Origin: Isurus oxyrinchus
Lineage: Eukaryota
Length of the DNA stretch: 64,000 nucleotides
NCBI GenBank assembly: GCA_026770705.1
Contig: JANJGN010000010.1
Span: forward strand, 39,742,001 to 39,806,000
Reading direction: 5' to 3'
The notes under the pieces were generated by a model. The model did no database searches. It saw only the letters and a list, made by a program, of their open reading frames with translations, and was not told the DNA's origin. How positions within the stretch are numbered: position 1 is the first letter of the stretch; each line of letters begins with the position of its first letter. Shown here piece after piece: positions 52,611-64,000 of the stretch. The translations under genes were made by a program, and so were the position numbers.

Positions 52611-53591
52611 ACCGTGCCGCCCACCCAGCTTGTTCCACCTTCAAGTTCACCTGAGAACTAACCTCCTGACAATTCAACTACAAGAACCTCGGAGGTTATT
52701 GAGAATCCTCCGCTTTTACCCAAACTACACTACAGCTACAGCATTCACTTAAGAAACTACAGGTCTGCTACAAAAGAGACTGAAACCATCACAACTTGTA
52801 ATGGTAGTGCTTTTCTACTCATCCTTATCTATTGTGTGTGAGATATCATGTTAAAACCACAGGACAAACGTGTGATAATAAGTAATCTTCTTTATTTTTA
52901 AAATTGCAAAAGCTTGCTGCTGGAAATATTTAAATTAAGACAAATAATTCTGAGGGTAACTAAATACACACACGTCACACATAAAAGACACTTTAATCAC
53001 AGACAACAATAAGACACACATATTCTGACCATGATATTAAATAATCAGAATTATTAAAATGCTCTGCACACTTGTGTTGTTTTTTTCCCTCACCAAGTTT
53101 CTTCCAGAAAGTTCCATGGGCTATAGTCATCATCTAACACCTTATTCAAGCAAGTCATTGTTGATATGCTAAAATTGATACTCAGTTCTGGAAGGCTATT
53201 TAACTATGGAGATCAAATCAAACTTGATACAACCATAATACTCCAAAATCAGAAACTTACAACAGGGGTCATTTAGTCCATATAAATTTCAGATTGTTTT
53301 GGGTTTCTATCACAATTGCCAATCGGGGCACTGAATTTTCAGTTTAAATTATAAGAATAAAAAAACTCAGCTTGAAATTAAGATAGATACTTACTACATT
53401 CATATGAAATTCCACTCTCTTCCAATTTCATTACAACCATTAAACCGAAAGCGCAGAATTTCAGATGAGTACATTAAACTTCAATGCACATTTTGATGAT
53501 CTCATAATAAAATTACAGTGTTCATTTTGCATCTGCAGTTTCTAACATAAACCATACTTAATGTGCAAGTACAAAAAAAACATGAACTTAC

Positions 53592-53911
53592 CTTTGACAG
53601 TCAGTTGGGTTGTTAATTGTAAAGTTTCACTAAGTGATTGGTGTTTCACATAGCATATATAATTATTGCCATCATCTTGGAGAGTTGGGCGCAACCTCAA
53701 ACAGCTAGAAACACTGTAGGTTACATCATCAGTTTTAATTGGGGATCCTGTGCAGATGTGTTTTGAAATGAATTGTTCCCATCTTTTGTTTTCTGTCTCC
53801 AATTCATCTCAATTGAGACAGGAAAAAAGCCAACACTGTCACACTTCACTGACTTCTCCGTACCATTCTCAATTGTGATTGTGGCCAAGGATAAGCTCAC
53901 CTATGGTGGGG
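53592..53911 (-). pseudogene. B7-H6-like paralog B, IgC1 exon (disrupted)
   Basis: cacAG|CC CCA CCA TAG: in-frame stop at 53901-53903. Then ..KSVKCDSVGFFPVSIEMNW.., a 1-nt deletion near 53778 (exon is 320 nt), then ICTGSPIKTDDVTYSVSSCLRLRPTLQDDGNNYICYVKHQSL and AAAG|GTAAGT. Homologous to gene A exon 3. Confidence 0.88.
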
Positions 53912-54249
53912 CTGTGAAGGTCGATGTAACAGATGTTTAATATTTAATACAGGCATTTTTTTCACCCTTTCACATCATGTGGACGCGTAATGATGACACA
54001 TGTTGAAATGTATGGAGCTGAAAATATCCTTTCCTCACAACTGGAGAGAAAGGCATACAATGTGTAGGGAAAAGCATTACATTGGTAGAACATAGGATAA
54101 TCAGGTGTCTCTACCCTCAGAAAACAGGCACTTGATGTTGTTGCCATTTTCTAGTTTAATGCAAGGAAAACTAATACAAAAAATACAGTTCACTGAATGT
54201 CGATGTCAATTAATCAGCTCGCTCTTTCCATGCCATTCTCAGTTTATTT

Positions 54250-54694
54250 ACATGTAACTGTGATGTGTGAAGATAACATTTTTTTTATCCTACAGTAAGA
54301 AAACATTTTATCCCCCAGGCATGAATGGAAACACAATTACTTCACATTCTGACCTCAACTCATGCAATATTCTCTCAAAATCCTTCAAAGAACCATATCA
54401 GATTTTACCATATCATATCATATTGCATCATGTTAAATGCTCCCTGAACAAGGGCAGTTAGGGATGGGAAATAAATGTTGGATTATGCTTGAAATGCTCA
54501 TGAATGAATAAAAAAAAGATGCAATATATGATATGGTAAAATATGATATGGTTCTTTGATGGATTTTGTGAGAATATTGCATGAGTTGAGGTCAGAGTGT
54601 GAAGTAATTGTGTTTTCATTCATGCCTGAGGGATAAAAAGTTTTCTTACTGCAAGATAAAAAAAATGTTATCTTCACACATCACAGTTACATGT
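54250..54694. repeat. Long inverted repeat / foldback (arms about 180 bp)
   Basis: 54250-54429 is the reverse complement of 54518-54694; the spacer is a CR1 3' tail. Confidence 0.9.
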
Positions 54695-54699
54695 CGGCC

Positions 54700-54910
54700 A
54701 GCAGATTCCTTTCCTAAAGGACATTTGTGAACAACATGGGTTTTTATGACAATAGTCATCATCAGACTTTCAATTCCAGATTTTTTTTATTGAATTCAAA
54801 TTTTGGCATCTGCTGTGGCAGGATTCAAACCTGGGTCCCCAGAGCATTACCCTGGGTCTCTTGGAATACTAGTCTAGTGAAAATACCACTATGCCACCGC
54901 CATCACCTCC
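54700..54910 (-). mobile_element. tRNA-head SINE or LINE 5' head
   Basis: TGGCATAGTGG A-box and GGTTTGAATCC B-box; same head as 41400-41545. Confidence 0.65.
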
Positions 54911-56208
54911 CCCTCTGATTCAGCAACATGAGTAGCCTGCTAATAAGTTCGCTAAATAAACTTTATGACAGGATGACGTCAAGTTTGAAATGCTACCTTG
55001 ATTTGAGAACTGTGCATTGTTTAAATTCATTTACAGGGTTTGGACGTCGCTGGCTAGGCCCATCCCTCATTGCCCTTCGGAAGGTGGTTGAACGCTTCAT
55101 GTCGATAAAAGAACAATGATGGACAGGGAAAACCCCACTCGTCCAGCAGCTTGTCCCACACAGTTATGACACTTGTGTATCACAATATATAACAGACTCC
55201 ACACAAAATCATGAGAACTCCTGGCAAGAGTTGAAAAAAGATACAAATCCTCCCAACCCTCTTATGCAATTGAAAATAACCCTAGGGATCACCTTGGCCC
55301 TGATAAATTTTATGCTGTCCCTACCTTTTGTATGAGGTGGCCCCCATTCCAGCCAAAAATATCTCCAGGTCTCACCTGAAGGGATTCAGCACATTGGCCG
55401 AGTATATATGTTATCACATGTAGGTTCAGGGTGATGGTGCCAAGTTTGGAGGTGGGGGGAGTGGTGCAGAGGGGTAGATGGGAAAGGCAGTTGCTCAGGA
55501 TGCATATGAGCTATCCTGTAATACCATACCAATAGCTCCAATTACATAACATTGTTTCAACATGGGCTCCTCAAATGCCCATAAAAATTATTCAAATCCA
55601 ACTTTTAGCAATCAAACAGCAAAAGGTCTGACCCAGATAAAAGATGGGTGGCATTTTAAAAATTTTTTTGTAATTAGTAAATTAATTTAATTTTTCAAAA
55701 AACATTCAACGCTGCAGTGATACCAGAGGACCAATATTGTCCAATAGGATTGACGTTTTCCAAACTTGTGGCAATCAGGTTACTATATTCACCAGATTAT
55801 GCAAAATATGTAGAGTAATAATAAACCAAATGTGTAATCTTTTGAAAATAGGTTTCATGTTTTAAACCAACAGCAATAAAGATCAAAATAGACACTGTCA
55901 AAGCCAGGAAAACAGCTTTAAAAGGGTTTTGCAATTCAATTGTTCTGCGAAGCAAGCCTCCTGTGTACACTCTCAAAGGGTAGTGACAATCTGTTACCTG
56001 AAATGTTCTGATTCTGAGAGTGTGCTCCAGTTAATTTCAAAAAACACTTTTTTACAAGAGTAAACCATATTTATTTTATCAGATTTGATATTTCAGGAGA
56101 CTTGGTGGGGGAACAGACAAATTTCTATGTTTGGTGTACATACAGTGTTGACTCTTGCCTTGCTTATGATGTTGCCTGCCATTCCTGAACACAGCACCTG
56201 AATGTGGC

Positions 56209-57504
56209 ACAACAAAAACAAAAACAGAATTACCTGGAAAAACTCAGCAGGTCTGGCAGCATCGGCGGAGAAGAAAAGAGTTGACGTTTCGAGTCCTCAT
56301 GACCCTTCGACAGAACTTGAGTTCGAGTCCAAGAAAGAGTTGAAATATAAGCTGGTTTAAGGTGTGTGTGTGGGGGGTGGAGAGAGAGAGAGAGAGGTGG
56401 AGAGGTGGAGGGGGGGGTGTGGTTGTAGGGACAAACAAGCAGTGATAGAAGCAGATCATCAAAAGATGTCAACAACAATAGTACAAAAGAACACATAGGT
56501 GTTAAAGTTAAAGTTGGTGTTATTATCTAAATGAATGTGCTAATTAAGAATGGATGGTAGGGCACTCAAGGTAGGTGGGAAAAGGAAAATCTTCAAAATT
56601 TATTGGAAAAAAAAGGAAGGGGGAAACAGAAAGGGGGTGGGGATGGGGGAGGGAGCTCACGACCTAATGTTGTTGAATTCAATATTCAGTCCGGAAGGCT
56701 GTAAAGTGCCTAATCCACATGTGGTCTCCTCTACATTGGAGAGACCAAACATAAACTGGGCGACCACTTTGCAGAACACCTGCGGTCTGTCAGCAAGAAT
56801 GACCCAAACCTCCCTGTCGCTTGCCATTTTAACACTCTACCCTGCTCTCTTGCCCACATGTCTGTCCTTGGCTTGCTGCATTGTTCCAGTGAAGCCCAAC
56901 GCAAACTGGAGGAACAACACCTCATCTTCCGATTGGGCACTTTACAGCCTTCTGGACTGAATATTGAATTCAACAACTTTAGGTCGTGAGCTCCCTCCCC
57001 CATCTCCACCCCCTTTCTGTTTCCCCCTTTCTTTTTTTTCCAATAAATTATAAAGATTTTCCTTTTCCCACCTATTTCCATTATTTAAAAAAAACACCCC
57101 CACTAGAGCTATACCTTGAGTGCCCTACCATCCATTCTTAATTAGCACATTCGTTTAGATAATATCACCAACTTTAACTTTAACACCTATGTGTTCTTTT
57201 GTACTATTGTTGTTGACATCTTTTGATGATCTGCTTCTATCACTGCTTGTTTGTCCCTACAACCACACCCCCCCCCCACCTCTCTCTCTATCTCTCTCCG
57301 CCCCCCCACACACACACCTTAAATCAGCTTATATTTCAACTCTTTCTTGGACTCGAACTCAAGTTCTGTCGAAGGGTCATGAGGACTCGAAACGTCAACT
57401 CTTTTCTTCTCCACCGATGCTGCCAGACCTGCTGAGTTTTTCCAGGTAATTCTGTTTTTGTTTTTGTTTTGGATTTCCAACATCTGCAGTTTTTTTGTTT
57501 TTGT
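56209..57504. mobile_element. Penelope-like retroelement, 5'-truncated, with an inverted 3' repeat
   Basis: GIY-YIG C-terminal half CGLLYIGETKHKLGDHFAEH..LGTLQPSGLNIEFNNFRS* at about 56720-56989 (+); arms about 500 bp; 13-bp TSD ACCTGAATGTGGC at 56196-56208 and 57505-57517. Confidence 0.9.
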
Positions 57505-58135
57505 ACCTGAATGTGGCTCATGGCCAACCTCCTGCAAGCTCTTCTTTTACGGTAATAGCGCCCTATTCTTTTCAATTGCATATTTCAACAGATCTATTAA
57601 CATGAAGACTGAACACATTTTGAGTGTTGCTCCACCACCTCAGCTAGCCAAAATTGCACATTTCAATCAACATTGTTAGCCTTGCAGTGTTGTCTGTCAT
57701 TCACCTCAACCATTTTGCAAAAATCATCTTAAGTACTGTGAAAACACAGGCTGCTGTTGGTCACTGGTTACCCCCATTTCTGATTGCTACTTTCTTCTCC
57801 TTCCTGGTCAGTGACTCCCATTTCCAGGCCACCCCTGTCTTCCAATACCTACCTGAGAGTTACAGTGGCCAGAAATTAATATAGTCTTGCCAAGCTGCTT
57901 GTGGGTACCCAGCAGGCATGTGAAGTTTGCCGGTCTCATGTTGGAAGCAGTTTAGAGAAGGTTTACAAAACTATTACCTGGATTGGATGGGGTGTTTTGT
58001 GAGGAAAGGTTGGACAGGCTATGCTTGTATATGCTGGAGTTTAGAAGAGTAAGAGGCAACTTGATTGAAACATATAAGATCCTGAGGGGTCTTGACAGGG
58101 TGGATGTGGAGAGGATATTTCCTCTTGTGGGAGAG

Positions 58136-58686
58136 TGTTATGGTCACTTTGACAAAAGGACCACAGGAGTCTCAGGTACAGGTCACAATCGTTTATTCAA
58201 GCAATTGCAAGGTGTGAACCATCTCAATGCAGCTTGAGATAGCATTCTGCTAAATTACAAATGTTCAACATATTTATACATTATTGATCATGTGCAAGAA
58301 CAGTTTCCAGATTCCGATCTCGTCAACATATAGGTTTACATTAAACAGACATCTCTGGTAACAGGTACATGCATTGTATGTCCCTATTTTCACCCAGGCA
58401 GAGACCTTCCCTCTTACCTAAACTAGGACCATCTGTTCTTTCCCTATCTGTGGTAAACAAGCTCAATCTTTGTCGTTTTTTACAATCTAAGTCTCCAGTC
58501 TGACTCACTTGCCGGTGATTGCAAACCCTGAGGGTGTACAAAGTTCAAGACTGTATAAAGTTCATCTGGTGCTTTTTCACTGTTTATGTACTTGCAGGCA
58601 CAGGCTGCTTGGAGATTCCAACACTATCATTCCCTTACAATGAATTCTCTTACCGTAAATTCTCATTTACTTTCTTCCTCCAAACA
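58136..58686 (-). repeat. ERV 3' LTR (551 bp)
   Basis: Polypurine tract AAAAGGGGGGAC immediately before TGTT; ends TAACA; TATAAAT near 58275 and AATAAA at 58192-58197. Confidence 0.85.
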
Positions 58687-58825
58687 GTCCCCCCTTTTGG
58701 CCCTTGGCTTAGCCCAAGGTAGCCAACTACAGTGGTGTTGTCCGCTCCCCACCCACTTTACGTACCACCACCCATTGATACTGGCCAGGTATACAGTTTT
58801 GGGACGTAAAGGATATGGGTACTGG

Positions 58826-60751
58826 TCAGACCATCTGTATCATCCGGTCGTTTAATCCAAACCTCCGGCTTACCAGATTCCTGCTCCACCTACTAAAGCT
58901 CCCCCAATGCCATCTTTTTTGTGACCTCCGGGTGCGGTATATCAAGGACGTTAGATACATCATCAATATTAACTGTAATATAACTGGAGATAATCTGAAT
59001 CCAGGGGTGTATCTGCACATTCGAGCACCAGTTCCACAGATCCTCCCATCAGGTGGAAGCATCCATTTGTTCAATATCTGTCTTTAAGGCCCTAACCTGT
59101 TGCTGCAGTGTATAATATGTTCTGTATATCTGCTGAGCCTGTCTTCGAATCATGGTTAGGTACTCTGGTAATAGGGGAATAGGGAGAACTGGTTCAAATA
59201 CTGTGTCAGGTTATCCTTAAGGCTTTCCTTGACCTGAATAGTAGTTGTTCCTCTCTTGTATATTTCAGCCAGTTCCACTTTCCCCACCCTTGCTGGCACC
59301 TGTGGGTGTAGGCACACCGAATGATTGTGGATGGGGTATATCTGGTTACCCCCATACTGGATTCTTTCCTGGCATGTGGTGATACAATATCTCCCACTCC
59401 CTGTATAAGCAACATGGGTCAGTTCTTTTGCAGCCCATATAGTTTCCATTGTACAGTTTGCTGCTGCTTTAAATCCACACTTCGCTTCCTCCATCTCATA
59501 TATTGGATGAGCACATACTACTGCGGTGGCTTCTATGCTCCTAATGCTTCTAATGTGGTGCTAACTATATTTCCTTCTCTGACTACTGCTTATGGCAAAA
59601 TATCTTGATACTTAATGTGGTAATCCCCCCGTATCACCCCAATATTTTCTACTCTATATAAGGTCTTGCAGGGTGTTGACATAGGTATGACAGATATTAC
59701 TAATACAATGCCTATTAGCATATTACTATTCACTATACATTCAACATTCATTCTATATGTGCGTGTTAAACCTCTGAGCTGGCAACCGGTCAAGTCATGA
59801 TCCTTGTGTCGTGAAAGATTAAATAAATGCTCATTAGTTATCTATAAGGGAACTACCCCTTCATTAATCTGTCTTAAATTCTCTCGGGTTTGTTCCAGTG
59901 CCCAAGATCCATAGGTGCTGCAAACATCATTTCTGCTTGCTTCCTCTGAAATATTTTTCATCCCAATCAGTTTATTGATAGTCCTTGCATGACTTTCGAG
60001 CACGGTAGCCAGGTTTTGGATTAACTGTGTCATGTCCTGGTCTGTATTTAATTGGGTATTATGAATTCCCTGTCCCCACTCTAGAATCTCCTTAAGCTTA
60101 AAGCTCAGGGTCCAGACCTTCTGCTCAATAGTTGCCAGGTTCTGAATTAACCACTGATGTCCCTATATTAAATATCATAGTGGCATCATTTATCAGGCTG
60201 CGCTTAACGCGGTTCCCTCCCAAGCCTGATCGCATCTCGCTATTGAACTGAGATGCTTCAGTCATCTGCTGGCCCATTAGAGCCTTATATAGTGCTCGAA
60301 TATGTGTTGAGTACCACTGGGCCAGGACAATTCTGGATATGTTCAAGACTACGGATACCAGCTCGTGGTGTACATTATCATACAAAACTTCTGATTAACC
60401 AGTACCAAACCATTCGTCAGTCCTGGATGCATAGTCGGACAAGGTGGGTCAGTTGGTGTAGTTTGAGTGGCTTCAATTATCTCTACTTGGACTGTGGAAG
60501 TAGATGTGGAAGGTGGCTGGATAGTGGTGGACCTCCCATGCCCGATCTGAAGTAAACCCTTACTACAATTCAAAAGCACTTGTTCTCCTCCTGTTACATT
60601 TATCATTCCCCATTGCACGTCGCATTCGGCAATGTCCGTGCTGTGCCAAGGTTTCACCTGCGGTGCGGGATGAGTACTGATGATCCCTGACCTTGTTTCC
60701 AGTACTGATACGCCCACAACCAGGATCGTAGATCTGTGGTGACAATAACAT
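58826..60751 (-). pseudogene. env: ERV env (frameshifted class I fusion glycoprotein)
   Basis: Signal-like N-terminus, S/T/P-rich segment, furin site RVKR then SLINDATMIFNIGTSVVNS, heptad region LIQNLATVLESHARTIN, Cys-rich region, W-rich WEDLWNW, TM VILQLILMMYLTSLIY. Confidence 0.8.
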
Positions 60752-60779
60752 TGGCTCCTGTTCTCCGGGTTACCGCTTG

Positions 60780-61400
60780 GTCAATTGTCATGTATCCTTA
60801 ACTGTGTGTAATGCCTCCATTGACTTTCTGTTTTCATATCTGCAAGTGCGCATGTATCACCTGTCAAAATTACTTCATATGGTTTGTGCCTGTTTGCTCC
60901 GGGCTCACCTTGACCATCACCTTATTTCCCACTTGGGGGGTGGGGGTCCATTGTTGCTCTTTGGATTTGCCTGTTTCCATATCCTTAATCACCTGTCAGT
61001 CTCTGACTTCCTTCCTTAACTCATGCAATTGCTTACTTACTTCCCTCACATAGTCTCGCATCCTTCCTTTTAGTGGTCCTACAGCTCCCACTCCTACTAT
61101 GATTCTCTCAGATAACTGTATTGCTCTCCTTGTCAATATTTGAAATGGGGTGAACCTGGTGGTCCTGCTTGGGGTAGTCCTAAGGCGCATTAGAATATTG
61201 GACTATTCCCTGTCCAATGAATTGCTTTTGTTATTGATGTTTTTTTAAAGTTTGCTTCATCCTTTCCACCATTCCCGAGCTCTTCGGCTGGTAGGGAATG
61301 TGGAATTTCTGTTTAAATTTAAATTTATACATTTCTTTAATGACTCTTCCTGTGAAATGAGTTCCCTGATCTGAATCCATCTGGACAGGCACCTTCCACT
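60780..61400 (-). pseudogene. pol: ERV integrase (core 3' half and C-terminus)
   Basis: VPVQMDSDQGTHFTG..HIPYQPKSSGMVER..LRTTPSRTTRFTPFQIL. Confidence 0.85.
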
Positions 61401-63167
61401 CGTTCCAGTCTACTGTCTCCTGCTGCTTCCCATGTCGGACCTCAATTCCTTAAACTGCCGACACAACTCTACAATGCACCTTCTTATCCTATCTTTCAAT
61501 GGCCACTTCCAGTGATGGTTCTCTCTGGGAGCCGCTTAACTCTGTCTGTCATCATAGTGTTAATCCTGTGGTCTTACTTTTTGTAGCTCGCAGGCACATT
61601 AATACAATCATTAATACATCTTTTTAGCCTTTTTCCAGCTTTCCCTTTACCTCTCTCCATCCTGTGATAAATTGTTGTTAAGTATTATTTCTCCTTACAT
61701 TTCAATTTCTGAACTCCAGATTCCACATAGTTTTACCTCTAAGTTTTTTCCCCTGACTATGATCATCCTAAGATTCTCTTGATGTCAGTTTCTCTATTGT
61801 CTTGATCGTTTATAATCTTTCCTTGCTCTTTAGGCCGTATTAACTATCCCATGTCAGTGAGGATCCCTGTCTCTAGATCTTTGCTTATCTCCCCCTGTGT
61901 GTTTCCAATGTCTCAGTTGATGGCCAGGTTATCAAATTCACTTCCCTTAAAAAAGTTTGTACATTGTGTCCTCTTTCCCTAACTCTTTCTCCTACTTGCC
62001 TCATACCATTTTACACATGCAACAACTACTATCTTATCTTGTTCAGGTTGCCTGGAGAGACTTTAAAATAAAGAAAATATTCTCATAACAGTTTTAAAAA
62101 CAGAAATCAGGCATTGACATGTTCCTTATCTTCTTCTCAAACAACATTTTATTGTCTCAAAAGTAACCCACTAAATTGTGTCTGACCCGTTTCTTTTAGA
62201 ATTATCCCAGATTCATTAACTCGGCCAAAAATTGGATTTCTGCCAAACGTTGTCAAGGTCTTGAGCTTAGCTTCTTATTTTGGGAACAGACTTACAAATA
62301 CAAAAGCTTGCAGCATTTGAATTAGTGCCAATTGTTGTCAAACCTTTTAAAATGAAAATTCCCTTTTGAGAAATTATCAGGAACCAAACCTCAAATTTTA
62401 AACTTTGTAAGAAATGTAATTTACTCTACCAAAATTAAAACAATCTCTTTCTTATGTGTATTGATTTGCATCCAAGTTATAATTCCCGTATGTTTATCGA
62501 CACATTCATTATCTTAGATAGCATCCTAGTAATCAAAAGTAATCTTCTAAACTACACTAAACTTTACACCACGAGCCTTGTCCCGACTTCAAATAGCAGT
62601 GCTATTGGGATGCAGATTACCTTTCATATTTAATTCATCTCTTCAAAAGAAACCCTTATTTATCCATTGGAACCACCTAAAATGTGTGTTTATGCCTTTT
62701 GGTTTTCCTAGAATCCCTTGAACTTCAGATAATGTTTCCCCTCAGAATTTTAGAATACTAACTCGTAAGAGTTAATGCAACTCGTATGTATCAATCCCAA
62801 TCAGCTCGGAAGCTGGTGATACTAGTCTGCAAGGAGGAAGTACAAAGGTTGGTTCATCTAACCCTGTTTAATGACTTAAAACTCTCATATTCTAAATGAA
62901 ACTTCAAATAGCAGTGGGGGAAATAAAGGGATCTTGAAGGCTCCACCTATAGGGTCAATCAAACTGACGAAAGCTCATGTTTCCCCAGCTCCAGCCTGTT
63001 CGTGCTTATTAACTCCCTAGGGGTACCCCCTTTTTTCTCTTTCTCTCTCTCCTCTCTCTCTCTCCCTCTTCAGCAGAAGCAGCTCTTGTAACTTAGATCA
63101 ATTCATTTTTTTAAGTTACAAAAATTCAGTAGCGGACCTTTCGGGTCCCAATCAGCCTTCTACATTT

Positions 63168-63897
63168 TCAGGAAAATCTTGTCATCCCGCACGGGCCATT
63201 ATACACCCCCAAGGCTTCCTTAACTGCCTCCTCAAAGTCGCCGTGCAGGGCTGTCACCTTTTCCTGATCTAGGACGTCCCCAGGTTTTGCCCAGTCCCCA
63301 CTTCTAAACTGCAGGGGAAGTCTTCCCCAGATATCCCCTGGGCATTTAGCCTTCACCAGTATGTGGGTATCAAGAGGGTGCATTGTTTGGAATTCTTGCA
63401 TTTCCCTCATTTTGGTCCAAAAATCTGGGTTGCTATGCCAAGTTCTAAGTCTCGGCAGTTCTTTAAGCAAAACCTGCTTCTCCCCCGGGCTGAATGGTAC
63501 CTGCTTAACTTTCTCCGTAACCCTCTTAATCTCCTCAATGCCTTCTCCCGATCTGGGACGTCCCCAGGTTTCTCCTTTGGAGCTCTCCTCCTCTTGATCA
63601 GTATCACTACAAGTTGCCACCACTGCCCTGATCTGTCCTGAATGTGACTTTGTCTCTATCTCTCTAGTCGACTGGAACTTAATATTAACCCGTCTGCACA
63701 ACTGCAGGTACAAGATAATAATAACCATCAACCCTTTCTTTTCCTTATTCTTTTTCTGCTCTATCCACCACTGTTTTTGTTCTCCTGGGGTACCCTGTGG
63801 ATTCCACCCCTCCTTCTGCATTTTTAGTGATTAGTTTTGACTGCTGTTCCGCTATGAACCTCATAATGGAGTCCGCAGTTCCCCAGTTGAGTTCCAT
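63168..63897 (-). pseudogene. gag: ERV gag (frameshift near 63822, truncated)
   Basis: MELNWGTADSIMRF.. then a 217-aa ORF with VPFSPGEKQVLLKELP, a capsid-start-like motif; located upstream of IN and env. Confidence 0.65.
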
Positions 63898-64000
63898 AGC
63901 GCTATTTTGTTTCCCTGACTGCATTCTGTTCCTGTTTTCCGTCTATCCCTCCGCAGTACATTCGCACAGTCCTAACAACTTAATTATCTGAGGTCTGTGT

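Larger units (their letters stand above)
58136..64000 (-). mobile_element. Defective endogenous retrovirus (gag, deleted pol, partial IN, env, 3' LTR); 5' end outside the window
   Basis: Gene order and motifs as in the sub-features; inserted in a CR1 fragment. Confidence 0.88.

Noticed and set aside
52371-52677. Poly-Pro/poly-Gly ORFs (also near 5480, 17170, 43845, 48800)
   Set aside because: Translations of poly-C/poly-G tracts whose lengths may be sequencing artefacts.
63168-63897. Link between this gag and the Gag-derived cytoplasmic tail of human B7-H6
   Set aside because: The ERV lies upstream of the C1 and TM exons of paralog B, so it cannot supply a tail; coincidental.

Overview
Vertebrate genomic DNA, very probably a shark (inferred from the repeat families: HER1-like CR1 tails, Deu-domain SINEs, Penelope ends carrying hammerheads, Tx1 LINEs). 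Most of the window is transposon debris. On the minus strand it holds two tandem paralogs of a B7-H6 (NCR3LG1)-like gene. Gene A (ATG at 32456, running off the left edge) is intact across seven complete exons plus the start of an eighth, all joined by phase-1 GT-AG introns. It encodes leader - IgV - IgC1 - single TM - then at least four more C1-type Ig domains after the TM, so these are predicted to be cytoplasmic. An ISRE and an E-box sit just upstream of the ATG. Gene B (about 44299-53911) has the same C1-TM-Ig order but is a pseudogene (stop, frameshifts, LTR inside an exon). Other content: a Harbinger transposon (Myb-like gene plus DDE transposase), CR1 and Tx1 LINEs, Penelope elements with hammerhead ribozymes, solo LTRs, a Gypsy gag remnant, a 445-bp foldback, and a defective endogenous retrovirus (58136-64000) with gag, partial integrase and an env whose post-furin subunit is unusually long.
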